From contig CALXPT010000002.1 of assembly GCA_944390355.1 (NCBI GenBank), forward strand, positions 134,564 through 198,563: a stretch of DNA of 64,000 bases, given 5' to 3'. Positions 8,935 to 18,219 of the stretch are shown here, in pieces; the first letter of the stretch is position 1, and each line of letters opens with the position of its first letter. Source of the DNA: an uncultured Alphaproteobacteria bacterium (GTDB lineage: Bacteria > Pseudomonadota > Alphaproteobacteria > RF32 > CAG-239). Both the position numbers and the translations under genes were made by a program. The notes beneath the pieces were generated by a model, which saw only the letters and a program-made list of their open reading frames with translations, did no database searches and had not been told where the DNA came from.

Positions 8935-10491
8935 CTAATAACCATTTCCGGATTTAAGGAAATACATCATATTTGTATTCATGGCATTAGCAAATCTCAG
9001 ATTTTTTTTTTGCAAGATCTTTCGACCATCGAGAACCCCTTGAACCAGATTATCTTTTTGTAAAGAAATTTTCTGCCATGTTAAATTCTCAGAAACGAAA
9101 TTATAGCCGTTTTCAGAAATCTTATCGCAAAGTTCCTTATTATTAAGGAGCAGCTTCAAAGCCTTAACTTGACGCCAACGGTCTTCTTCTTGAGAAGGAG
9201 CATAAATTCCGATAGCCTTGCTGTAATCCTGATTGTCATCGCGAATATCGGCACAATGAGCATAATCGTTAAAACCACTTCGACCGACGATGACAGCAGT
9301 TTTGCAGCCCATAGCTTCAATAGGCACCATACCGAAGGCCTCATTCAGACTAGACATAACAAAAACAGTAGAGGCTTTATAGACTTGAGCCATTTCTTGT
9401 TGGTTGAGAGAAGGCAAAAAGATGACTCGATCAGCAAAATCTCTAGTAATCTCCTTACATTCTTCCGTAACGGAATTTCCTTTTTCTCCGCTAACCATAT
9501 AAATAACCGAAGGGTCGTCTTTCATAATTTCGACCATAGATCTTGAGAGTTCGCTGAAACCTTTATCTCGAACCACACGCCCTAAGGAAGAAACAACTTT
9601 TTTTCCCATCAAGTCAATATGAGCAGCATTTCCGTCCAAGTCTCTGTATTCGAACTGATGTTTTAATTTATTTTTCTCTTGAGCGGAAACAGGATAAAAT
9701 AACTGGTCATTATATCCCGGAGGAATAACGGTAATTTTATTAATATCTTGCAAATAAGGTTTAGCAATTAATCTTGTTTCTTCATCTGGAGATGTAGCGA
9801 CAATAATATCTGCTTTATAGAAAGCATCTGTTTCATCTTTAATTCTTTGTTCAAAATTGTGCCATTTCCATTCTTCAAGAGAAATAATTCCTTTGGAAAG
9901 TTGAGGTAAATTGCGTTCATATTTTTTATGACCGAGAGAATGGCTGGTAACAAGCATAACAGGTCTGTTTCCCGTTTCACGTTCAATTCTGTCACAAAGC
10001 ATACCAGCCGCCATCATACCATCGCGATAGTGTCCTTCAACCACCTCAATATTTTCCAACTGATTTTCTTTTTTATAAAAGTCGACCAAATTTTCAATAA
10101 TTTCAGGGAGATAATCTCTGATTTCTTCTTTGGGAACAAAATTAAAATTTCCACCTGCAGGCACACGCAAAACACGACTTCTGATTTTGGGGGTATCATG
10201 CCATTGCTGCTCAACGGTATAATTAATATCTTTTCCCAAATCTTTAAGTTCGCCGCCGAACTGAGGGCAAATACGAGGATCAACTCTTCTGGTAACCAAA
10301 TCGACATCATAGCCATCGGCACTTGCAGCTAAAGCTTTAACATAATAGACCTGACCGCCGGTATCTTGTCCCGTAATAACCTTTTTAGCAATAACATGGG
10401 TGGTGGGAAAACCCTTTTCATCATTTTCAAAACCCCAATCACCTTCAACCAAACCATGAGTTGAAAACATAACTTTTAATTTTCTAGACAT
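8935..10491 (-). CDS. GT4 glycosyltransferase of the sucrose-phosphate synthase/sucrose synthase/MfpsA type
   Basis: HGL, DTGGQVYYV, PKEEI, GHYRDG, HSLGHKK, VIPPG, EAFGMVPIEAMGC. Confidence 0.82.
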   Translation of the reverse strand: MSRKLKVMFSTHGLVEGDWGFENDEKGFPTTHVIAKKVITGQDTGGQVYYVKALAASADGYDVDLVTRRVDPRICPQFGGELKDLGKDINYTVEQQWHDTPKIRSRVLRVPAGGNFNFVPKEEIRDYLPEIIENLVDFYKKENQLENIEVVEGHYRDGMMAAGMLCDRIERETGNRPVMLVTSHSLGHKKYERNLPQLSKGIISLEEWKWHNFEQRIKDETDAFYKADIIVATSPDEETRLIAKPYLQDINKITVIPPGYNDQLFYPVSAQEKNKLKHQFEYRDLDGNAAHIDLMGKKVVSSLGRVVRDKGFSELSRSMVEIMKDDPSVIYMVSGEKGNSVTEECKEITRDFADRVIFLPSLNQQEMAQVYKASTVFVMSSLNEAFGMVPIEAMGCKTAVIVGRSGFNDYAHCADIRDDNQDYSKAIGIYAPSQEEDRWRQVKALKLLLNNKELCDKISENGYNFVSENLTWQKISLQKDNLVQGVLDGRKILQKKNLRFANAMNTNMMYFLKSGNGY

Positions 10492-10706
10492 ACAAAACTC
10501 CTAAAGTCTTCAATAATTAAAACTAATGGAGTTACATTAACAAAGAGCGGAGTTGAATCAATTCATACAAAAAGTTATCAACAATTTTTTAAATTATGCG
10601 ACAAAAATAAAGCAACAAAACTTAGGATAATCCCTTGACTAAAAAAATAAGAAGAGTAATACATTGCAGGTTGCCAAAAGACAGAAAGAATAAAGAGGAA
10701 AAAAAG

Positions 10707-12464
10707 ATGGAATGGATAAAGAAATTAATATCAATGTATGAGAAAAATTATAGTCCGAAATTATTGGAAATAGTCAGGACACAGGGCTACAGTGCAAAGA
10801 GATTCAAGCAAGATTTATCAGCCGGATTAACCGTTTCGGTGATATCGATTCCTTTATCCATGGCTTTAGCAATAGCCTCGGGCGTTTCTCCGGCGCAAGG
10901 ATTATATACGGCAATTGTTGCCGGATTCTTTATTGCAATGTTTGCCGGCGGACGCTATCAAATCGGCGGCCCGACGGGCGCATTTGCCATTGTGATATTG
11001 GGCGTGTTGAATGGCTATGGTTATCAAGGTTTACTGATGACGATGCTGATAACCGGAGCAGTCTTGATTATTGCCGGATTACTCAAACTCGGAACATATA
11101 TAAAATATATTCCTTATCCGGTAGTTTTGGGTTTTACGGCCGGTATCGGCTTGTTGCTGATATCAACTCAGTTTCAGGATTTGCTGGGATTAAAGATAGA
11201 CAATGTACCCTCGGCGGTTATTCCGCGCTGGGGGGTATATCTGAGTAATTTGGATAAAGCTACGGTTGGCTCTGTTTTCATAGCTATGATATCGTTTGGT
11301 ATAATATTTTATGTTCAAAAAAATAAACCGCAGTTGCCGGCTTATCTGGTATGCGTGGGTGCATCAATTGTCATGGTAATGATATTAAAGATATTTGGGG
11401 TAGAGGTAGACACAATCGGCAGCCGCTTTGGCGGAATTCCGCATTTTCTGCCTGCGCCTAAAGTTCCGGATTTTGATTGGAATATGTTTTTTGATATTTT
11501 GCCGAGCGGTTTAACCATAGCCTTTTTGGCTGCGATAGAGTCTTTGCTTTGCGCCACGGTTGCCGACGGTATGAGCGGTGATAACCACAATCCGAATGCT
11601 GAGTTGATAGGAGAAGGATTAGCAAATATAATTTGTATGTTTTTTGGAGGAATTCCGGCCACATCAGCCATAGCGAGAACGGCCACATGCTTGAAAGCCA
11701 AGGCCTATTCACCGGTTGCGGGAATGATGAACGCCGTGTTTATATTAGTATTCATGATATTACTTGCGCCTTTGGCAAAATATATTCCGTTATCATGCTT
11801 GGCGGCGGTGTTAACCTTGGTAGGCTGGAATATGCTAGGAATTGGCAAAATGCTTAAAGTCATAGAAGGTCCGAGGGGCGACCGCTATACCTTGTTGGTT
11901 ACGCTGAGTTTGACCTTGTTGGCGGATTTGAATACAGCCATAAGCGTAGGATTTATAATGTCGAGCATAATATTTATGCATAGAATGAGCCGCGAAATGG
12001 AAATAGAAACCGATGAAGCCACGTTGACAGAAAGCTCCGGCGGGCGAGATTTAACGCAGTTTTTGGCCAAAGACGGCGTCATGTCGTTAAGGTTGTCAGG
12101 TCCGTTATTTTTCGGAGCCGCCAGTCAGGTTTCAAATTATTTGAAAAACTTGCCGCAAGCACCAAAAGTTCTGATATTGCGCATGGGTTATGTTCCGATT
12201 GTAGATGCAACAGGGGCTCATATTATAGTAGATTTCATTCGCAAGGTTCAGCAATATGACACCAAAATAATTTTCTCAAATGTCAAGAAGCAACCTCGCC
12301 GTGTTTTAAAGGAGGCTTTTCATCTTGAAGGGATAACCAATAGGAACATATCAACGGCATCAAATTTTGAAAATGCGCTCAAAATGGCCAAACGCTATTT
12401 AAGAGAGGAAAAAGAACAAAATAAGCAAAGATTTACAAATAATGATAACAAGTCAGAGAATTAA
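10707..12464 (+). CDS. SulP/SLC26 anion transporter with STAS domain
   Basis: DLSAGLTV, GLYTAIVAG, IGGPTGAF, AIESLLCA, PATSAIART, GPLFFGAA. The start is taken at MEWIKK after GAGGA. Confidence 0.95.
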   Translation: MEWIKKLISMYEKNYSPKLLEIVRTQGYSAKRFKQDLSAGLTVSVISIPLSMALAIASGVSPAQGLYTAIVAGFFIAMFAGGRYQIGGPTGAFAIVILGVLNGYGYQGLLMTMLITGAVLIIAGLLKLGTYIKYIPYPVVLGFTAGIGLLLISTQFQDLLGLKIDNVPSAVIPRWGVYLSNLDKATVGSVFIAMISFGIIFYVQKNKPQLPAYLVCVGASIVMVMILKIFGVEVDTIGSRFGGIPHFLPAPKVPDFDWNMFFDILPSGLTIAFLAAIESLLCATVADGMSGDNHNPNAELIGEGLANIICMFFGGIPATSAIARTATCLKAKAYSPVAGMMNAVFILVFMILLAPLAKYIPLSCLAAVLTLVGWNMLGIGKMLKVIEGPRGDRYTLLVTLSLTLLADLNTAISVGFIMSSIIFMHRMSREMEIETDEATLTESSGGRDLTQFLAKDGVMSLRLSGPLFFGAASQVSNYLKNLPQAPKVLILRMGYVPIVDATGAHIIVDFIRKVQQYDTKIIFSNVKKQPRRVLKEAFHLEGITNRNISTASNFENALKMAKRYLREEKEQNKQRFTNNDNKSEN

Positions 12465-12527
12465 GTTGATTCTTTAAACAATAGGATGATAATATATGAC
12501 AAATTTGATAAATTAAGGAGAAATATC

Positions 12528-13085
12528 ATGATGTTGTTATCATTCTTAACGGTGATAATTTTAATATCGGCAACAAATGCTTATGCCAATCCGGCTTGTG
12601 CCGTATGTACGGTGGCCGTTGGGGCTTCATTGGAAATTGCCAGAAGCTTGGGTGTTGATGATTGCGTTGTCGGAATATGGGCCGGAGCTTTGCTTGCATT
12701 ATTAGGCTATTGGTTGATATTGTGGTTTGATAAGAAAGAGTGGAACTTTTGGGGCAGAAACGCGCTTTTGATGATAATCAGCGTTGGTTCAATAGGCTTT
12801 ATGTATATATCTGAAATTACCTATTCGCCGAGAGTTATATGGCACGTATTCTATCTTGACCCACTGTTATTTAGCACGATTTTGGGAGCATTGGTGTTTA
12901 TTTACGCCTCAAAGTTCTACCAGTGGATGAAGAAAAACAACGGCGGACACGCGCATTTTCCGTTTGAAAAAGTAGTCGTTCCGGTTGTAGCCTTAGCCTT
13001 GTTCAGCGCATATTTTTATTATAACCCGATGACATCGGGCGCAAATCCGGCCGCAAGTACTGAGGCTTTGCTTGAAAATTTTTAG
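12528..13085 (+). CDS. Hypothetical membrane protein with an N-terminal CxxC motif
   Basis: ANPACAVCTVAVGA, LGVDD, HAHFPFEKV; several transmembrane segments; AAGGAG RBS. Confidence 0.8.
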   Translation: MMLLSFLTVIILISATNAYANPACAVCTVAVGASLEIARSLGVDDCVVGIWAGALLALLGYWLILWFDKKEWNFWGRNALLMIISVGSIGFMYISEITYSPRVIWHVFYLDPLLFSTILGALVFIYASKFYQWMKKNNGGHAHFPFEKVVVPVVALALFSAYFYYNPMTSGANPAASTEALLENF

Positions 13086-13094
13086 GAGAAGACA

Positions 13095-13676
13095 ATGAGT
13101 AAGAATGATAAAATTAAAGAATTTGTTGAAAGAATAGATTCCTCTAAAAAAGTTAATCCAAAGGATTTGTCTTCCGATCAGGATTTGAGTATCGCGATTA
13201 TGAATCTAATCAGTATTGAGGAACATCTGGTTTTTTCCGGAGCAAAAACGGGGAAAAGTTCTTTTTATGATTTGATAGAAGATATCAGAGAGAAAAGAAA
13301 AACCTTGATGCAAAAAATAATTCCCTCATATGAGGGAGAGGTTTGGTGTATTTCCAAGCATTTGCTGGCCTCATCCATGAGATTAATGGAAGTCGGCACC
13401 AAGCAGCAGTCTTTGGGTCATAAGGAAGAGGCTTATAAGTTGTTTGACCAAGCCTATGAGCTTTATTGCCTGTTCTGGGGCTTGAATATGAATATGTTGA
13501 ATGTCGACGATGTAAAGTGGATAAAAGACAGCACGGAAGATATAAAGAAGATTTCATCCCGTTTAAGTAGCGAGGAAAAAGTCTCGGCAAAAGTCGAGAC
13601 CACGGCAGAGAAGCCGAGCGCATTGGCAAAAATGAAAGCCTTTGTCCGCAAAGCCGTAGATTGTTGCATAGAATAA
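13095..13676 (+). CDS. Conserved-looking hypothetical helical protein ending in DCCIE
   Basis: DLSIAIMNLISIEEH, EVWCISKHLL; AGGAG RBS; starts 9 bp after the previous gene. Confidence 0.8.
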   Translation: MSKNDKIKEFVERIDSSKKVNPKDLSSDQDLSIAIMNLISIEEHLVFSGAKTGKSSFYDLIEDIREKRKTLMQKIIPSYEGEVWCISKHLLASSMRLMEVGTKQQSLGHKEEAYKLFDQAYELYCLFWGLNMNMLNVDDVKWIKDSTEDIKKISSRLSSEEKVSAKVETTAEKPSALAKMKAFVRKAVDCCIE

Positions 13677-13686
13677 CAATAAAAAA

Positions 13687-13726
13687 TAAGGAGCGGCTGA
13701 TGAAAAAAAAGCGGCTCCTTTTTTTT
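13687..13726 (+). terminator. Intrinsic terminator
   Basis: AAGGAGC/GCTCCTT stem followed by a T-run. Confidence 0.65.
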
Positions 13727-13817
13727 GTGTCTCAAAAGTCATAAAAAACTTTTGCATTTTTGTTAAAATGTAATAAATTAAAGCAATATGGCCATTTATA
13801 AAATTATGAGAAAGTAA

Positions 13818-16280
13818 ATGTTTAAAACTTTATCTTCATTAATCAGTACATTATTCTTCTTTGCCGTTATCGGAGTTATAGTTCTCATCACCATACTCTG
13901 GAAAATAAGTCAGGATTTGCCGGACTATCATCAATTAGAAAAATATGAACCGCCGGTAACCACCAGATTATATGCAGGTAACGGAGAGTTGCTGATGGAA
14001 TATGCGGCGCAAAAACGCTTTTTTGTGCCGGAGAGCAAGATTCCGACCAAGGTCAAACAAGCATTTATAGCTGCGGAAGATAAAAAATTTTATGACCACG
14101 CGGGAATAGATTTTATAGGAATAATTCGAGCCGTTTTAAGCAATATAAAGAATTTAGGCTCGGGTCGTCGACCCTCAGGAGCTTCGACCATAACCCAACA
14201 GGTAGCCAAAAATTTCTTGCTGTCGTCAGAGTTATCAATCACCCGCAAGATTAAAGAAGCCATTTTGGCAACAAGGATGGAACAGGCCTTTACAAAGGAG
14301 CATATTTTAGAGCTGTACTTAAATGAAATTTATTTAGGCAATCGCTCATACGGGGTTGGCGCGGCGGCCTTAAATTATTTTGGCAAGTCATTAAATGATT
14401 TGGAATTGGAAGAGATAGCCTATCTGGCAGCATTGCCGAAAGGGCCGAACAACTATAACCCCAAAACGCGATATGAAGCAGCCGTCGGACGTCGCAACTG
14501 GGTTTTGGATAGAATGGCAGAAGACGGCTATATCAGCGAAGAAGAAGCCGAAACCGCAAAGAATAAACCGCTGAAAACGGTAGACAGAGGCTCGGAATAT
14601 GTCTCGGACGCCGATTATTTCAGCGAAGAAGTTCGCCGCGAAATAGAGCAGTTGTTCGGAGAAGATGCCTTGTATGAAGGCGGCTTGATAGTCCGAACGA
14701 CCTTAGACCCGAAGTTGCAAAAAATAGCCACGGATTCGTTCAAAAAGGAGGTCAAAAATTATGACATCAGACATGGCTACCGCGGACCGATAATCAATTT
14801 GAATATCAACAGTGATTATAATGAAGCCTTTCAAGCGGTTGCAATGCCCAAAGGAGCGGATAAAACATGGCAAATGGCAATAGTTAAAGATGTGTATGTC
14901 GATAGGGCGGAAATAAAGACCAAGGAAGGCGCATATGGAATAATCCCGCTTGAGTTAGTCAAATGGGCCAGAAAGAACTTAAAAGAACAGACAATAGGAG
15001 GGGAACCCAAAAGCGTAAAAGATGTTTTGCATCAAGGCGATGTTATTTTGGTAGAAAAAGTTTCGGCTAAAGAGATCAAGAAAAATAAGTTGTCCGAAGA
15101 CAGTTTCTATCTGCGCCAAGTTCCGGATATAGACGGTGGCGTCATAGCACTAGACCCCCATACCGGTAAGGTGTTGGCTTTGGTTGGAGGATATGATTTT
15201 GACCGCTCACAGTTTAATCGAGCCACACAAGCCAGAAGACAAACCGGCTCATCATTTAAACCGATAGTGTATCTGGCTGCATTGGAGAATGGTTATTCTC
15301 CCACGGATTTGATTTTGGATGCGCCGTTTGTATTAGATCAGGGAGCAGGTCTGCCGAAATGGAAACCGGCAAACTATTCAAAGCATTTTGACGGTTTAAT
15401 AACATTGCGACAAGGTGTTGAAAAATCAAGAAATTTGATGACGGTTCGCTTAGCGCAAGACCTCGGAATGAAAAAAGTTTCGGAATATGCAAGGAAACTC
15501 GGGGTGAATGATAATTTGCCCGAGTTATTGTCAATGTCGTTAGGAGCCGGCGATACAAGATTGATTGATTTGTCCACGGCATATGCCATGATGGTAAACG
15601 GCGGCAAAAAAATAAAACCGTATTTTATTGAACAAATTCAAGACAGAAACGGAAATACAATATATAAACAAGATAAAAGGAAATGCCCGACCTGTAAGGC
15701 TCAAAAATGGGAAAATCAGCCAATTCCTGTTTTGGAAGATGAGAGAGAGCAGGTTATAGACCCCTTATCAGCCTATCAAATGGTCAGCATTTTGGAAGGC
15801 GTAGCAACCAGAGGAACCGCGGCAAGACTTCGTTGGTTGAAAAAGCACCTGGCCGGCAAAACGGGAACATCTAACGACAGCAAAGAAGCGTGGTTTATGG
15901 GATTTTCACCGGATTTGGTAATGGGAACATATTTAGGGTTTGATGAACCGCGCACGCTGGGGCGTCGCGAAACCGGATCTTCTGCTGCATTGCCGGTATT
16001 TTACGACTTTATGGAACAAGCCTTAAAAGACAAACCGGATACACCATTTAGAATACCAAACGGAATTCGGTTGGTACGTATAAATTACAAAACCGGAAAA
16101 CCGGCACAGCCGCAAGATCGGTCGGTAATTGTTGAGGCGTTGAAACCTGATTTTGATTTTAATAACAATCAACGAGTTATCGGTGAAGATACATCTGCCG
16201 ATGAACAAAAATCGACTGGCGGCACCGTAATATATAATGACGGAGCCAAGATTGATTTTCAATTAGGAACGCAATATTAA
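13818..16280 (+). CDS. mrcA: Penicillin-binding protein 1A
   Basis: Transglycosylase AAEDKKF, GASTITQQVAKN and LELYLNEIYLG; transpeptidase GSSFK, SRN and KTG. Confidence 0.96.
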   Translation: MFKTLSSLISTLFFFAVIGVIVLITILWKISQDLPDYHQLEKYEPPVTTRLYAGNGELLMEYAAQKRFFVPESKIPTKVKQAFIAAEDKKFYDHAGIDFIGIIRAVLSNIKNLGSGRRPSGASTITQQVAKNFLLSSELSITRKIKEAILATRMEQAFTKEHILELYLNEIYLGNRSYGVGAAALNYFGKSLNDLELEEIAYLAALPKGPNNYNPKTRYEAAVGRRNWVLDRMAEDGYISEEEAETAKNKPLKTVDRGSEYVSDADYFSEEVRREIEQLFGEDALYEGGLIVRTTLDPKLQKIATDSFKKEVKNYDIRHGYRGPIINLNINSDYNEAFQAVAMPKGADKTWQMAIVKDVYVDRAEIKTKEGAYGIIPLELVKWARKNLKEQTIGGEPKSVKDVLHQGDVILVEKVSAKEIKKNKLSEDSFYLRQVPDIDGGVIALDPHTGKVLALVGGYDFDRSQFNRATQARRQTGSSFKPIVYLAALENGYSPTDLILDAPFVLDQGAGLPKWKPANYSKHFDGLITLRQGVEKSRNLMTVRLAQDLGMKKVSEYARKLGVNDNLPELLSMSLGAGDTRLIDLSTAYAMMVNGGKKIKPYFIEQIQDRNGNTIYKQDKRKCPTCKAQKWENQPIPVLEDEREQVIDPLSAYQMVSILEGVATRGTAARLRWLKKHLAGKTGTSNDSKEAWFMGFSPDLVMGTYLGFDEPRTLGRRETGSSAALPVFYDFMEQALKDKPDTPFRIPNGIRLVRINYKTGKPAQPQDRSVIVEALKPDFDFNNNQRVIGEDTSADEQKSTGGTVIYNDGAKIDFQLGTQY

Positions 16281-16291
16281 GGAAAGAAAAG

Positions 16292-17408
16292 ATGAGAGCA
16301 GAATTAGTAGAGTTAATCGCGGAAATAGAAAAATCGGTCAAACTTTTGCGGAGGTCGGTTTGACTACGAAAATGCCAAAATAAGATTGGAAGAGCTTGAT
16401 TCGCTTTCTCAGGATACCGCGCTGTGGAATGATGCCGCCCGCGCCCAAAAGCTTATGAGGGAAAAAACAAACCTTGAAGATAAAATCAAAGGCTTCGAGC
16501 ATATACAAAATACATTAAATGAATTAAAAGAAATGGCCGAGTTGGCCGAAAGTGATAACGATGAACATCTGGAGCAAGATGTTTTAAATCAACTTCAAGA
16601 ACTAAAAAACGACGCAAAGCATATGGAACTGGAAGCTTTGCTTTGCGGAGAAGTAGATGGTAATGACGCATATTTGGAAGTCCATGCCGGTTCGGGTGGT
16701 ACGGAAGCGCAGGATTGGGCGGAAATGCTGCTGAGAATGTATAGCCGATGGGCGGAACAGCATCATTATAAAGTAGAATATATGGAAGAAACCGAAGGAG
16801 AAGTTGCCGGGCTAAAGTCAGCAACGATAAAAATTTCGGGACACAACGCTTATGGCTGGCTCAAATCAGAAACGGGCGTGCACCGATTAGTCAGAATATC
16901 ACCGTTTGATGCGGCGGGAAGACGGCACACAAGCTTTGCTTCTATAGGGGTATATCCGGTAGTAGATGATGAAATAGAGATTAAAATAAATGAATCAGAT
17001 TGCCGGATTGACACATATCGTTCATCGGGAGCCGGCGGGCAGCATATTAACAAAACGGATTCAGCTGTTCGTATCACGCATATACCGACCGGCATTGTTG
17101 TTTCCTGTCAAACGCAACGTTCACAATTTCAAAATCGCGAGATAGCATGGAAAATGCTAAAATCGCGTTTATATGAAATAGAGTTAAAAAAACGAGAGGA
17201 AAAAGAACAAGAAAAAAGAGATGCGCAAGGAGACATCGGCTGGGGATATCAAATTCGCTCTTATGTGCTCCAACCATACAAGATGGTTAAGGATTTACGG
17301 ACAGAAGCGGAAACATCCGATACCAAAGCGGTTTTGGACGGAGATTTAGATATGTTTTTAGCCGCGGCACTGGCAAGTAAGGTAGGTCCGAATGAAGAAA
17401 ATAATTAA
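16292..17408 (+). CDS. prfB: Peptide chain release factor 2 with programmed +1 frameshift at 16358-16364
   Basis: ORF1 MRAELVELIAEIEKSVKLLRRSV ends at TGA 16361. The +1 frame continues DYENAKIRLEEL into the 16386 ORF, which has the SPF and GGQ motifs. An internal SD GGAGGT is at 16350-16355. Confidence 0.96.
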
Positions 17409-18219
17409 TCGTATGTTGTTTGTATTAATCGCCATATATGTAATTTTTTGCGCAACGGTATATTTTTTTCCGGAGCTGTTTTTCTACAACCCGAGCAAAG
17501 AACACGCGAATTTAGAAAACATAAAAGACGAAGAGATAAAAATAGAAGAAGTCAATTATGAATCAAAAGACGGAACAAAATTATATGGCTGGTATGTTGC
17601 GCCGAAATCCCAAAAGGAAATAATAGTTTTTTTACATGGCAATTCGTATAATATAGAAAAGTTTTTTTATAAGATGCTTCCTCTGCTTAAAGAAGGATAC
17701 GGCGTTTTCATGGGAGAATACAGAGGTTTTGGCGGAGTTAAAGGTAAAATTCGGCAAAAAGGCTTGGATGAAGATGCTGTAGCCGGAGTTGAGTACCTCC
17801 GCGCACAAGGTTGGAAAAATAATGAAATAATAGTGTACGGAATGTCTCTTGGTTCCCATACGGCAACGAATATAGTATATGAATTACAACAAGAGACACC
17901 GTTCCGAGCGTTGATATTGGAAGTTCCGTTTGATAGTTTGCTAAATGTCGTTAAAACCATCGTGCCTGCACCTTTGCCGTTTAATTTGATAGTAAAAGAT
18001 AAATATGACAATACGCAAATGATTAAAGAAATAAAGTCGCCGATTTTAGTTATGGGTGGAGGCAAGGACACGCTTGTTCCGGTAGAATTGGCTAAAAATC
18101 TCTATAACTTGGCTCCCGAACCGAAAGATATGATTATTTATCCGGAGGCCAAGCACCACAATCTTTTTGAATATAAAAATTATCAAGACATCATAAATTG
18201 GTTGGATAAGTTAAAATAA
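17392..18219 (+). CDS. Alpha/beta hydrolase with N-terminal membrane anchor
   Basis: HGN, EYRGFG, GMSLG nucleophile elbow, DTLVP, HHN. Confidence 0.9.
   Translation: MKKIINRMLFVLIAIYVIFCATVYFFPELFFYNPSKEHANLENIKDEEIKIEEVNYESKDGTKLYGWYVAPKSQKEIIVFLHGNSYNIEKFFYKMLPLLKEGYGVFMGEYRGFGGVKGKIRQKGLDEDAVAGVEYLRAQGWKNNEIIVYGMSLGSHTATNIVYELQQETPFRALILEVPFDSLLNVVKTIVPAPLPFNLIVKDKYDNTQMIKEIKSPILVMGGGKDTLVPVELAKNLYNLAPEPKDMIIYPEAKHHNLFEYKNYQDIINWLDKLK

Noticed and set aside
16292-16363. prfB as a pseudogene, or starting at TTG 16386
   Set aside because: The in-frame TGA is at the conserved programmed-frameshift position with an internal SD.
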